From a virus (Duplodnaviria; Caudoviricetes), in the IMG/VR virus record IMGVR_UViG_3300022918_000016, positions 1 through 52,569 of that record: 52,569 bases of DNA. The stretch is one strand, 5' to 3'. A program made the translations under genes and the position numbers. A model generated the notes under the pieces. That model was not told the DNA's origin and made no database searches. It saw only the letters and a program-made list of their open reading frames with translations. This document shows, piece after piece, positions 37,377-47,266 of the stretch. How positions within the stretch are numbered: the stretch's first letter is position 1; the number at the start of each line of letters is the position of its first letter.

Positions 37377-38702
37377 TTATGCTGCTGTAATTAAAGTTTT
37401 CACGTTAGCGAACGTATCAGATACAATCGCCGTACGTGTTGCGTTAGGTATTAGCGTAGCCACGAAACGCTCTACAACATGCGTACGTATGTTTCGCGAT
37501 AAACCTGAAGCACCTGCTGTAGTAGCATCTGTACGTCCGTCTGTCTCGAAATACAATAATTCGCCGTCCAAGCCAACTTTAACACCTTGTATAAAGTCGC
37601 CTACAAGGAATCTGTCAGCCGCTATAGTAGGATCAATTACCCATCGAATTATACGCCCCTGGTAAGATATTCCGATTTCTCCAACAAGAGAAATAGCGTT
37701 ACCATTCCAAACAGAGTAGTGTCCGTCTGAAGCTTTAGAATGTATCATCCTGTACCACGCAGCAGGCGAAAGAACAACAGCGTTAGGCACGTAACCAAGT
37801 GTCTGAAGCTGCGCTATAACAGCACCTATAGCATCGTAATCGTTAGGATCTTCGTTCACTACGAGCGAAGCATTAGGAGTAAACGCGGTTCCTGCCGCTA
37901 CTACTGCTGCCAGTACAGATGCAGGTGTTTTGTCCATTACAAGCTCAGCGATTTTACTCTGTATAGCGTTAGCTATTGTAGGATAAAAACGTCTTAGTTG
38001 GGTTGTCGTAGCCCACTCTGCTGCTACCGCTAAAGCTTCCGCCTGTTGCCCGGCATACGTTACTTTAACTATAGGTTTTAATGTACATTCAGGCGTGATA
38101 GCCGCATCGCCCGTAAAACTTTCGTTTAGGATATACAGGTTAGCCTCCTGAAGCGGCCTAACATCTACAACTTCCATTATAGGGCTGTATGGCTTCCTGT
38201 AACGTGCAATACCTATATTTTGCGAAGCCCTCAACACGTAACCGGAATCTATAGCCTGCGTTGCGCCTGCGGTTGGAAATTGAGTAGAGTTAACAAGAGT
38301 AGATGATAAAACATCGCTTGATATAGTTACTTTCTCTACATCAATTTTAATTTTATCCTGCCCTTTTATAGAAAACTCGCCGTCTTTAGGGACTTCATCA
38401 TAAGCCGCTTTAAACGCCTCCATGATATCCATTTTATTATTAGCCTCACTAACCGTTTTAAGAGCTACAAGAGATTTACCCTGCTCCTCGATTATAGCTT
38501 TTTGCTCGTTAAGCGCATCGTTAGCTGTTTTAAGTTCAGCTTTCAGCGAGTCGCCGATAACTTTAACCTGTTCAGCAACCTGCGTTTTAACAGCCTCGCT
38601 TTGTTTATTGTCTTCGTACTCCCTTTTGGCAGTAACATATTTTTCCTGTTCTTCAGGTGTCATTGCGGAAAGTTCTGCCGCGCTTTTGTACTTAAAATCC
38701 AT
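37377..38702 (-). CDS. Major capsid protein (HK97 fold, N-terminal coiled-coil delta domain)
   Basis: Coiled-coil N-terminus; PNAVVLSP..W......SDGHY, LVGDF; follows the protease. Confidence 0.88.
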   Translation of the reverse strand: MDFKYKSAAELSAMTPEEQEKYVTAKREYEDNKQSEAVKTQVAEQVKVIGDSLKAELKTANDALNEQKAIIEEQGKSLVALKTVSEANNKMDIMEAFKAAYDEVPKDGEFSIKGQDKIKIDVEKVTISSDVLSSTLVNSTQFPTAGATQAIDSGYVLRASQNIGIARYRKPYSPIMEVVDVRPLQEANLYILNESFTGDAAITPECTLKPIVKVTYAGQQAEALAVAAEWATTTQLRRFYPTIANAIQSKIAELVMDKTPASVLAAVVAAGTAFTPNASLVVNEDPNDYDAIGAVIAQLQTLGYVPNAVVLSPAAWYRMIHSKASDGHYSVWNGNAISLVGEIGISYQGRIIRWVIDPTIAADRFLVGDFIQGVKVGLDGELLYFETDGRTDATTAGASGLSRNIRTHVVERFVATLIPNATRTAIVSDTFANVKTLITAA

Positions 38703-38705
38703 TGT

Positions 38706-39527
38706 TTATAGATTAAGATTAAAATAATTTTTTTCTACTCCGTTTTGAGTGGATTCCTCCGGCTCTATTTTTGAAGTGCCTTCAGCGGCTTCATTTTCTT
38801 TTTGATATAATACAGGTGTTGCGCTGTTTGACCCAAATAATACAAGACTGCCCTCTTTTTCTACACTTGCCTCGTCGATTGCCCAGAAATACCCTGCAGC
38901 CTCAGCGGCTTCTTTGTTTACAACTAAATCTATCCTGTCTTTCCATAGCTGATTTTGCTTAGCCAGCCCCTCATCATCAGATTTAGCAGCCAACGCTATG
39001 GATATGTAACGCATCCTTACAGAGTTTTCAAAAGATACCATTTCACTAAAAAGATCTTTAACTTTTGGTATTCTTATTTTGTCTTTAGCGATCTCAAATA
39101 TTAATGCCTGTGTTTCTCCTTCATAAGGTAGGTTCAAATCGCTCCACGGCATGTTTTTTACAAATGCCCGTACATCGTTAGGGTATGCAATTACATTATC
39201 AATCGAAAGCTTATGTTCAAGAACGTAAAAAATCTTGTTTACCTTATCTTTTAGTGTTTTATTCCAAAGGTTAGGGAAATGCACATCGCCATGGCTATCT
39301 AAAAAATTGGTAGTATTAATTACTGGGTAAACAAAACCCTCTTTTATAAAATTTAGTGCTTTTTCTGCCCCGGCATCAGGAATTGAAATAAAGAAATTAA
39401 CGCTGTCAGTTTCTTTAATAGCAGCTTTTTTAAGCTCAACTATTTTAGATTCGTTAGCTGACAATTCTTTCAGCATTTCTGCTGTAGTATCAAAATGTTT
39501 ATTTAATTCCTTGCAAAATACTTTCAT
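38706..39527 (-). CDS. Prohead protease
   Basis: DSHGDVH, LEH, ENSV.M, EGSLVLFGSN.ATP. Confidence 0.8.
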   Translation of the reverse strand: MKVFCKELNKHFDTTAEMLKELSANESKIVELKKAAIKETDSVNFFISIPDAGAEKALNFIKEGFVYPVINTTNFLDSHGDVHFPNLWNKTLKDKVNKIFYVLEHKLSIDNVIAYPNDVRAFVKNMPWSDLNLPYEGETQALIFEIAKDKIRIPKVKDLFSEMVSFENSVRMRYISIALAAKSDDEGLAKQNQLWKDRIDLVVNKEAAEAAGYFWAIDEASVEKEGSLVLFGSNSATPVLYQKENEAAEGTSKIEPEESTQNGVEKNYFNLNL

Positions 39528-39649
39528 TTTTTCACGTCTTTATTGCTTTTCAGCGTTTCGATCTTACTGGCAATTTCTTTTTTCAAATCAGGATCGGTCG
39601 TTTTATCGGCTGTATCCTGTAGTTTTTTTATAGTTTCATCTACTTTCAT
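39524..39649 (-). CDS. Small protein between portal and protease (41 aa)
   Basis: ATGA overlaps at both ends. Confidence 0.65.
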   Translation of the reverse strand: MKVDETIKKLQDTADKTTDPDLKKEIASKIETLKSNKDVKK

Positions 39650-40875
39650 GACAGTATTTTCATATCAGTTAGCATTTTTTTCATTTCAGGCGCGGTAATT
39701 ACACCGTCAGCCATGAGAACTGATAAATTATCAATAATCAGTTTGTTTGTCTCGTGTACCTGGTTATTTGTTTTAGCTACGCTGCTAACGTGGTCATAGC
39801 TTACTGAAATACCTGCTGTGAAATTAGCAAATTCCGCGTTAAACGTTTTCACTATGTTTGAGGCTATCGGCATTACTTCATTTTCATATAGCGATGATTC
39901 CGCAATTCCTTTATTGTCGAACGTATTATCTTTACCGTATGGGCTTAACTCTGCAGGCACGCCAAAAGCATCATAAATCGCCAGTATATCAGTTTCGACC
40001 ATTTCATAGAACTTCAAGCCATTCAACCCCTCCGCTAAATTGTAGCCGTCAACACCTTTTCTTGCGACTATGATCCTGTTACTGATACCACGAGAATTAA
40101 GTTTGTCCTCCATGTCATCTTTCTCGGTACGTGGGGCAGCTTGACCTGGAGCGGTTGGCATTGTTATCATTGGCGCATTTAAACCTTCATCGATTGGGCT
40201 GCCTGTAGTAGCTTTAGGGCTAATCAACGTAACCCCAGAGTTACATATCTGAATGTTCTTAGCTATCTGTGCATCTTCAATATTTTTAACCTGTGAACGT
40301 AGCGGTCTTATACGGCTGTAACCTTTATCATCGTTGATGTTCTTTTTAACATCGTAGAAGAATATAACATCTATTTTTTTTATCGTTTCTGACTTACCAT
40401 CTACCACCGTTTTAACTGAATTTGCCAGTATTTCAGTATCGTCAGGGTTAAGGTTAATCAGTTGAAGCGTTTCCATATTACCTACTGACTGCCATTTTTT
40501 CCAGATCATTGTATATCCGGGAGACAGCAGATAGATGCAAAACTCTTTTAAAAATTCCTCCGTAGTCTGTTTATCGTTAGGATTCTGAATAACCCTCAGT
40601 AATTTATCATTCTCATTCTCGCTTGTAAACTTAGCGTTAGAAAGCGATTTAGCTATCTTACCTATCACGTTACCTAACACGAAGTTGTTTTCTACCAGCT
40701 TAACGTACTTCGTTGAGTTATCGTAATTAATACCCTGAAACGTATAACCGTTGTAGACATCGAAACTTCCTTCTACAGGCTGACCGTTTATAATCATCAT
40801 TCGTTTATCGATGCTATTATCAGCTTCGCCCCTAAACGAAGGCCATGTCATTGGATTGTACCAGCTCATACCCAT
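39646..40875 (-). CDS. Portal protein
   Basis: NPN..QT..EF, GYSRI.PL, AFGVP.EL, TFDN motifs. Confidence 0.88.
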   Translation of the reverse strand: MGMSWYNPMTWPSFRGEADNSIDKRMMIINGQPVEGSFDVYNGYTFQGINYDNSTKYVKLVENNFVLGNVIGKIAKSLSNAKFTSENENDKLLRVIQNPNDKQTTEEFLKEFCIYLLSPGYTMIWKKWQSVGNMETLQLINLNPDDTEILANSVKTVVDGKSETIKKIDVIFFYDVKKNINDDKGYSRIRPLRSQVKNIEDAQIAKNIQICNSGVTLISPKATTGSPIDEGLNAPMITMPTAPGQAAPRTEKDDMEDKLNSRGISNRIIVARKGVDGYNLAEGLNGLKFYEMVETDILAIYDAFGVPAELSPYGKDNTFDNKGIAESSLYENEVMPIASNIVKTFNAEFANFTAGISVSYDHVSSVAKTNNQVHETNKLIIDNLSVLMADGVITAPEMKKMLTDMKILS

Positions 40876-41005
40876 AAAGCATTAAAGGCTATGCCTAAAT
40901 TAATAAGCATAGCCTTTTGAGTTGTAATATGAGGGGTAACCTGTATCTTCACAGATTTTAATATTTTATGTTAACCCTGTAAAGGGATATTGTATTGCAA
41001 ATATA
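40876..41005 (-). promoter_or_regulatory. Promoter and structured leader of the head operon
   Basis: TAtaTTTG 41005-40998; three hairpins, the last (AAAGGCTATGC/GCATAGCCTTT, 40884-40917) just before the ATG. Confidence 0.6.
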
Positions 41006-41030
41006 ACTAAAATTTGTTATAAGCAATAAA

Positions 41031-41261
41031 TTATTTTATTTTAGACGATTCCTGTAATTTATATAGCTGCGTATATAGAATATTCTGTATAGCATGAATG
41101 TGAAAACGAATATCGTTATTATCATCAGGGTGCTGTTCTGTGTGTGGTATTTTTAAATACTCATTCCATAAATCAGCAGAAATATTTAAGATTCTATCTT
41201 GCTGGGATTGGGTTGAGATTTTACAATCCTCTGTAGGTCTGTCTGATTTTGATATATACAT
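41031..41261 (-). CDS. Hypothetical protein
   Basis: HPDD...F.IHAIQNI pattern. Confidence 0.7.
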   Translation of the reverse strand: MYISKSDRPTEDCKISTQSQQDRILNISADLWNEYLKIPHTEQHPDDNNDIRFHIHAIQNILYTQLYKLQESSKIK

Positions 41262-41289
41262 AATGCCAGTAATTAATGAGGATTAAAAT

Positions 41290-41514
41290 CTATAGAGCCT
41301 CAAACTCTTTATTTAAAACATCAATCTCTCTGATACAATAATCATCTATAGCAGCAAATACACCATCCCGGTATTTAGAATCTATCATGTTTATTTTTAC
41401 AGCTACAATAGCTAATCTTTCGGCTGTACTTTTATTATCAATCTCTATTATATCAGTAAGTTTCTCTATTCTAAAACTTAAATCGTTTGCTTTATTAAGT
41501 TGTTCTTGTGTCAT
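41290..41514 (-). CDS. Hypothetical protein
   Basis: MT.EQL.KA..L...KEFEAL helical protein. Confidence 0.7.
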   Translation of the reverse strand: MTQEQLNKANDLSFRIEKLTDIIEIDNKSTAERLAIVAVKINMIDSKYRDGVFAAIDDYCIREIDVLNKEFEAL

Positions 41515-41521
41515 AGTTTTG

Positions 41522-41683
41522 TTATTTAAAATTAATCTCTAATACATTTTCTCTAAAAGAATGATCCTGATAAATAAAACCTTTTTGTTTCATTAATCCA
41601 GACCATCGTTCTATATGAGTTTCGATTACCCACTGGAAGATGTTTAAAACGTTGGGGGATATGTGGAATACTGAGGTTATCAT
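41522..41683 (-). CDS. Small hypothetical protein (53 aa)
   Basis: Manual translation; ATGA-coupled. Confidence 0.55.
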   Translation of the reverse strand: MITSVFHISPNVLNIFQWVIETHIERWSGLMKQKGFIYQDHSFRENVLEINFK

Positions 41684-42009
41684 GGTATTAATTTTAATGC
41701 TTCCAGTAATCCTGCTTCTAAAGCTTGTTCGTAGGTTTCGTATTCTGAACTAAAAGAATATACGTTTCCTTTAAAATAAACTGATGGAAAATATTTCGTA
41801 TCAGGATATTCATCGTAAGTAAACATTGCATTTACCAAGGTTTTATGAACCTCCCTAAGCCATTTTTGTAGTAATGACTGTGTGCAGGTATTGTAAAGTT
41901 TTACCCTCCACTCTACAGCAGAATCCTGTTTAGTATAGCTATTAAAATATTCAAATCCTTTCTCTTTAGCTAACACAGCTGTTTGATAGGTTATTAATTG
42001 TTCTGTCAT
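41680..42009 (-). CDS. Hypothetical phage protein
   Basis: TA.LAKEKGF...TQSLLQKWLRE.H...TYEQALEAGL pattern. Confidence 0.75.
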   Translation of the reverse strand: MTEQLITYQTAVLAKEKGFEYFNSYTKQDSAVEWRVKLYNTCTQSLLQKWLREVHKTLVNAMFTYDEYPDTKYFPSVYFKGNVYSFSSEYETYEQALEAGLLEALKLIP

Positions 42010-42021
42010 AATTTCATGGGT

Positions 42022-42291
42022 TTATCTAATTTTAATTTTAAGTATATCAGTTAAGTGCTGCAAATAATCCCCCTTTTTAATTCCAGCCTCTTTCATGCTT
42101 TGAATTAATCCATCAATTAAAATGTAATCTACAGCTAATCTTCCTGTATCGTTCAGTCTACCATCAGGATTAAAATAAATTTCGCTATCTGAATTAGAAA
42201 CTAACTCGTTTTTAGTAGTTACAATTTTACCTTTATTTTCGTCTGTGCAATCAAACGACTGGGTGGTTTTTACTTCAAAATTAAATTTCAT
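42022..42291 (-). CDS. Hypothetical protein with its own promoter (TAtaTTTG 42316-42309)
   Basis: ATG 42291 preferred; the track's GTG start lies in the promoter. Confidence 0.65.
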   Translation of the reverse strand: MKFNFEVKTTQSFDCTDENKGKIVTTKNELVSNSDSEIYFNPDGRLNDTGRLAVDYILIDGLIQSMKEAGIKKGDYLQHLTDILKIKIR

Positions 42292-42316
42292 GGGTTTAAT
42301 ATTTTTCACAAATATA

Positions 42317-43816
42317 CTAACTTATTTCAAACATCTGCCTATGATTCACATACATATATCGAATAAATTCAGTAACCGCATCTTCTATATCGTCGTGACC
42401 GTCCTCTGCCTTACCAATTTTAGGGTATGCCTGTAAATGTTTAACGGCCTGATTGTGCTGAGGCTGCGTTACAGGGTTAGCTCTCACAATATAAATCTTA
42501 CTCATAAACTGCGCAAACGAGGTTATGCGGTGATCTTTATTACCCGATGAATAATAGCCCTCTACATGCACACCCATGTTCTGCAGCAACGTAACATACA
42601 CGCTGCCCTGGTTGTTCGTTTCCATCTTGTTTATGATACTGCCATGCTCCTGTATTTTTTGCTTCAACAGCGGCGATGTAACCGCGCTGCCCTCCTGCGT
42701 GTAAATAGTATCGAACCAATACATTTTCCCGGCATTGACCTCAAAGAACGGCGTGGCAAAATAATCAGAACCGGTGTCGGCTACATCGGTAAAACTTAAA
42801 CGTATTTCGTCGCCCCGGCGCGGCGGTAATGCATCGACGAAATTTAATTCCGGATACAGTAACCCGTCAACCGATTGTGCTATCTGATTGTACTGGATGT
42901 TATATGCTACATCGGAAATCGGTTTATTATCATCCAACAACCCGGCGCGCTGGTCAGACAATACCTTACGGGATAAACGTTTCGGATCAAGCAGTCCATC
43001 GATATAAAATGCCCGTAATTCAGGAGGGTTAATATTCTGGTAAATATCCTCAGCAGGTAAACACAAATGCCTTACATCATCTTTAAGTACCTTAAGCGCA
43101 TGGCCTGCGGTGTCTTTATTTGACAAACGTTGCATGAATAAGATATACGGCGTTTTACGTTTATCTTTTTTACGGGATTGCAAGGCTTTGAACCCCTCGA
43201 TGCATTCTGCGGCTTCTGCAGGGCTTTGAGCCGTTGAGTAGTCCATTGCATCATCATCGGTAATTAAATCAACGTGCTTACCTGTTTTTGATTTAGAGTT
43301 TGTAGTTACGGAATATCGTATGCCGCCTTTTTCGGATTCGTAGTATGTTTTAGCCGACACGTCCCGGCGAACGCGTACAGTCGGGAAGTAAAGCCTGTAC
43401 TTATCAGATTTTATAATATCAAGCGAATCCTTAGCAAACCCGCTGGCATTTGATGCCGATATGGTGTTACTCATAATAGATTTAGAATCATCGATGCACC
43501 ATACCCACGCCGGTACTGCCCGAGATAGTATCGTTGACTTAGTTGTACCTGGCGGCATGTTGCCTACAAGGTTTTTTTTAATATCATCTAAAATAGTTGG
43601 ATACCATTTTCCTGCCTGTATATGTGGCGGTCTTTCAAAAACATACTTGTCAATTACTAACTGTATCTCATCGCAGAAGTATTCGATATTAAAATTGTCC
43701 TCATAAGGATTATTTATTATAACATCCCAAAATTCTTTTAAAAAGTAAAAAAGCCGTCGCTTACATAGCTCGGCTTTTACTTCATGTATTTTTGGTAGTA
43801 AAATCTGTTTAGTCAT
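42317..43816 (-). CDS. terL: Terminase large subunit
   Basis: NMPPGTTKS (Walker A), LITDD (Walker B), MQRL, TDVAD.GSDY, HDDIED nuclease motifs. Confidence 0.92.
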   Translation of the reverse strand: MTKQILLPKIHEVKAELCKRRLFYFLKEFWDVIINNPYEDNFNIEYFCDEIQLVIDKYVFERPPHIQAGKWYPTILDDIKKNLVGNMPPGTTKSTILSRAVPAWVWCIDDSKSIMSNTISASNASGFAKDSLDIIKSDKYRLYFPTVRVRRDVSAKTYYESEKGGIRYSVTTNSKSKTGKHVDLITDDDAMDYSTAQSPAEAAECIEGFKALQSRKKDKRKTPYILFMQRLSNKDTAGHALKVLKDDVRHLCLPAEDIYQNINPPELRAFYIDGLLDPKRLSRKVLSDQRAGLLDDNKPISDVAYNIQYNQIAQSVDGLLYPELNFVDALPPRRGDEIRLSFTDVADTGSDYFATPFFEVNAGKMYWFDTIYTQEGSAVTSPLLKQKIQEHGSIINKMETNNQGSVYVTLLQNMGVHVEGYYSSGNKDHRITSFAQFMSKIYIVRANPVTQPQHNQAVKHLQAYPKIGKAEDGHDDIEDAVTEFIRYMYVNHRQMFEIS

Positions 43817-44363
43817 TTTTTACGGCTCTGTCGTATTCTTCAAGTGCTGCATCAGATAGTTTAGACATATCGAAATTAACAGTTTGCTCTGCTTTCTTCT
43901 GTTCGTTGTCTTTTTCGTAAAAACCAATATGTTTGTTAATTTTCTCTATCGTCCAGTCCTTACCATGCAAGGTTAGCTCAACGCCAAATTTACCATTCTT
44001 AATGCTTTGGATGCACATCAGTTGGGTTTCGGTAAGCTCTGCGAAATCTTTGAAAATTAATTGGCCTTTCTCGAATTTAACATATTCATCGATACGGGCT
44101 TCTCGCAAAATATTTAGATGCCGTAGCATTTCTTCAGCACTAACAGAGAATTTAGTATTGGCTACTTTTTTCTTAATTTCAGTCAATTCGTCCATCCTTG
44201 CGGATACGTGGGGGACTTTGGATCGCCTTGAAGCTTCCTGGTTTATAGTTTCAGGCTTCATGCCTTTTGTGGAATAAACTTCACGATATGCGGCAGATTT
44301 ATCAAGCGACTTAGCGTAAGCCTGACAAAATTTCTCTTGCTTTATCGTTAGTTTTTTTTCCAT
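43809..44363 (-). CDS. terS: Terminase small subunit
   Basis: LT.KQEKFC..Y.....SAAYR..Y; KHIGFYEKDNEQ; directly upstream of terL. Confidence 0.88.
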   Translation of the reverse strand: MEKKLTIKQEKFCQAYAKSLDKSAAYREVYSTKGMKPETINQEASRRSKVPHVSARMDELTEIKKKVANTKFSVSAEEMLRHLNILREARIDEYVKFEKGQLIFKDFAELTETQLMCIQSIKNGKFGVELTLHGKDWTIEKINKHIGFYEKDNEQKKAEQTVNFDMSKLSDAALEEYDRAVKND

Positions 44364-44365
44364 GA

Positions 44366-44695
44366 TTAAAAATTATCACACCCCACAAAATATCCGACTG
44401 ATTTACTCGGCTGTAGTGGCTGTTTGGTTTCGCAGTCAATCGGCATCCCGGAAACTAAGTAACTCCCGGATTCCGTTCTGTATTCTGCGGTACAATGGCA
44501 ATCTGGTTTATCGCTGGAGCAGGATGTTAGCCCCAGAATAAAAATAGCGATAACGCCGGTAATTTTAAGTTTTTGCCTCATCAGCTCAGATAGCGAAATT
44601 TTTTTATCTGCCGCTTCCTGTTCAAGCTGTTTTTTACTTTCAGGGGTTACCTGAACGTTGATGAATGGTTTTTTCTGTTTAGCTTCGGTCTGCAT
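44366..44695 (-). CDS. Ribbon-helix-helix domain fused to a Cys-rich lipoprotein
   Basis: INVQVTPESKKQLEQEA..KKISLSELMR (RHH), then hydrophobic helix and lipobox LTSC; promoter TAtaTTTG 44724-44717. Confidence 0.7.
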   Translation of the reverse strand: MQTEAKQKKPFINVQVTPESKKQLEQEAADKKISLSELMRQKLKITGVIAIFILGLTSCSSDKPDCHCTAEYRTESGSYLVSGMPIDCETKQPLQPSKSVGYFVGCDNF

Positions 44696-44724
44696 TTTGT
44701 TCGATGTTGATACTGGCAAATATA

Positions 44725-45030
44725 AAACAATCTTTCACAATCAAACAAGAAAAATCGTAAAAAAAAATTTGTTGCATTTTTTCGCTGAAAAACAAAGAGA
44801 CATAGAAACAAATAAATATCTATTATATTAAATATATATTTAATTTAATATAAATTATTATTATTATAGGGCTCTTTATCTTTGGGATTTTTTACACACA
44901 TATTTTACACTTTCATTGATTATCAGTTACTTATATTTTTACTATGTTTTTTAATATTTATGTTAAATATAGTTTGTTTAATTTAAAATTAAAAATTACC
45001 TTTGAATCGTTAATATTAAATTAAAATATA
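44725..45030. promoter_or_regulatory. Very AT-rich divergent control region (possible origin or packaging site)
   Basis: Largest non-coding gap; 18-bp palindrome 44827-44844; TAccTTTG 44997-45004. Confidence 0.45.
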
Positions 45031-45921
45031 ATGAAAGATTTTAAACTTGTTACTAAAAAAAACTACGTAAATGTATTTGCAGAAATTAAAAACCCGTACA
45101 TAATCGTTAAGTTTGATGTTGAAAAAACACGCGAAAAATTTAATTTTCTTATTAATTTAGGAAATAAGTTTTTTGTTGAAACACGATTTAAGGAAAAACC
45201 ATACTTTGAAACTGTCAGAAATGATGATGATGAAGTAGTGGAAAATGAAATTGAGGGGTATTATTTTATCTATTGCACTGATAAAAATTCAAATATTGAG
45301 TTTTTAGATGACGAAATCAATCTACAGGAGATCATTAAAAAAGCCTCAGAAACGCAAAAATCGATAGAAATAAACATCCGAAAAGAGCTATTTAAGTATG
45401 CTAAAACGCTTTGTTTTGAGTCCGGATGTAAATTTAAGGTAGAGCCTGACAGACAAATTATTGATGGTAAAAAGCCTGGTAAAAGTATTTTTAGGCTCAT
45501 GGAGGATGCGTTTAGAGCTGGGGATGCCAGTATATCATTCGATGCGAAAGATGTAAATTTCCCTACCTTAAGAACCTATACAAGCCAGTTAGGCGCACGT
45601 GCAGATAAGAAATTTAAACCCGTTGTTATCGGCGATACTATGACTGTATTTTTTAAAGAACCGGATACTATACAGGTTTTTGAAAATGATTTAAAAGTGT
45701 TACTCCGGGGTTTTGATGACAAAATAAGCGTTCCTGATCTATTCCGGGCGATGGTTAAAACGCGTGTTACCGAACATAACTCTACAGAGGTAGTGAAGAG
45801 CATTTTTAGCGCATTAGAGGGATTATTTGACTATACAGAGGCCGTAATGTTATTTAATGATATGATCCCGCAGCCGACAGAAAAACAGTATGATTTAGAT
45901 GAAAATGAAGAAATAAATTAA
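45031..45921 (+). CDS. Hypothetical protein
   Basis: 296-aa ORF downstream of a promoter. Confidence 0.75.
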   Translation: MKDFKLVTKKNYVNVFAEIKNPYIIVKFDVEKTREKFNFLINLGNKFFVETRFKEKPYFETVRNDDDEVVENEIEGYYFIYCTDKNSNIEFLDDEINLQEIIKKASETQKSIEINIRKELFKYAKTLCFESGCKFKVEPDRQIIDGKKPGKSIFRLMEDAFRAGDASISFDAKDVNFPTLRTYTSQLGARADKKFKPVVIGDTMTVFFKEPDTIQVFENDLKVLLRGFDDKISVPDLFRAMVKTRVTEHNSTEVVKSIFSALEGLFDYTEAVMLFNDMIPQPTEKQYDLDENEEIN

Positions 45922-45926
45922 ATATT

Positions 45927-46262
45927 ATGATAGTAGAAATTAAAAAAGCGAAAATTACAGCGGGTATTATGGCACAGGTTCAGTATTTACAGGTAATAAA
46001 TGGTTATAAATTTAAAGCTTTAGGCTGGTGTATTATTAAGGATGTTAAGTTTATTTTATTAGAGAGTTATCAGGATAAAACCCTGTGCAAAGTTCCGATA
46101 TGGAGTAAATTGGTTAAATATAATAATAGCATATCTTGTGAGTTCCCTGATAGTAGAGAATCTGTTAATCACTACATGAAAAACGAATACGTAGATAATG
46201 TTATTAAGCACATGGAAAGGATTAAAAAAGAGGCTCTGGATTTAGGTCAGTTCTTTATCTAA
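45927..46262 (+). CDS. Hypothetical protein
   Basis: ORF followed by a terminator. Confidence 0.7.
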   Translation: MIVEIKKAKITAGIMAQVQYLQVINGYKFKALGWCIIKDVKFILLESYQDKTLCKVPIWSKLVKYNNSISCEFPDSRESVNHYMKNEYVDNVIKHMERIKKEALDLGQFFI

Positions 46263-46302
46263 AAAACAGAAATACACCGCATTAATTTACCCACTACGAA
46301 AT

Positions 46303-46337
46303 AAAAAACCCTGATTTAATAGTCAGGGTTTCTTTTT
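46303..46337. terminator. Bidirectional terminator
   Basis: AAAAAACCCTGA...TCAGGGTTTCTTTTT between convergent units. Confidence 0.75.
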
Positions 46338-46504
46338 AGTATATACAGGAATATCTTTGATGCCTGCGTGTATTTATCGTTTCGGTCAGGGTAAGCTATA
46401 AGATTATGTTTAACGTGTTCTACAGCCTGTAATCGTTGCTCTGCGCCTACTTGGCTGTATTCATTCAGGGATATTTTAAGGAGGTGTTTTGCTTCGGGTG
46501 TCAT
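46316..46504 (-). CDS. Small hypothetical protein (MTPEAK...)
   Basis: ATG just downstream of the previous stop. Confidence 0.6.
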   Translation of the reverse strand: MTPEAKHLLKISLNEYSQVGAEQRLQAVEHVKHNLIAYPDRNDKYTQASKIFLYILKRNPDY

Positions 46505-46508
46505 AATA

Positions 46509-46724
46509 TTAAAGCACGTTTTCAGGCTCAGTATATTCCTGCCTTGATATCTCACACATTTCTAAATTATAAATTACCTGAAGCCTAATTCTGTAATTTA
46601 TAAATTCAGCTTCTGTCATTTCTATCTGAATTAGACCTTTATAAATGAGATGTATTAATTCAGGATGTGTCTCCTTAAAACCTTTATTGGTATCTAAACC
46701 AAAAACATAAATGTATTTTTTCAT
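46509..46724 (-). CDS. Hypothetical protein
   Basis: ORF in the operon. Confidence 0.65.
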   Translation of the reverse strand: MKKYIYVFGLDTNKGFKETHPELIHLIYKGLIQIEMTEAEFINYRIRLQVIYNLEMCEISRQEYTEPENVL

Positions 46725-46729
46725 AACTT

Positions 46730-47260
46730 TTACTTATAAGGGTTGTTTTGTTCGGTTACTGGTATCCATGATCCATCCGGAAGGTTAATAGCGAAGTTCC
46801 ATTTGCGGAGTTTGTCGAACAGAACGTCCTGACCATTAACAACACTGTGCCTTGGGTGATTAGTAAATTCGTGTGGAATAGAATAAGCTATAAAAGAATT
46901 CATTCTAATATTAAAATCAAACCAAGTATTGGTATTTTTATCTCCTCTATCATAATAGGCCTTATTTTCTTTAAACTGCCATACTATAAACTTTTGATAT
47001 ATTTTAGCCAACTCCACAATAGGCACAAACGTTTCTCCTTTGTGAGTAATCTCTTTAGTAAGGTCTAAAGGGCGGGCTAATATGTGGTAGTCAACGCCTA
47101 TTTTGTCGAAATAAATAGTTTTAAATATTGCGGATGATTGCAGTTTTATTTTATTTTTTCTAAGTTCAACAATTGAATATTTAATATCAGTTTCGGATTC
47201 TAATATTTTGAATCCATTACCATATAGCGTTGCAGCTTGTTGTTTTGTTATTGTTTGCAT
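46730..47260 (-). CDS. Hypothetical phage protein
   Basis: ILARP.DLTKEITH.GE.FVPI pattern. Confidence 0.75.
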   Translation of the reverse strand: MQTITKQQAATLYGNGFKILESETDIKYSIVELRKNKIKLQSSAIFKTIYFDKIGVDYHILARPLDLTKEITHKGETFVPIVELAKIYQKFIVWQFKENKAYYDRGDKNTNTWFDFNIRMNSFIAYSIPHEFTNHPRHSVVNGQDVLFDKLRKWNFAINLPDGSWIPVTEQNNPYK

Positions 47261-47266
47261 GGTGGG

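Noticed and set aside
44696-44719. Track starts at 44719, 42309, 49145, 52379 and 22202
   Set aside because: They lie in or upstream of promoter boxes or inside upstream genes; downstream ATGs fit better.
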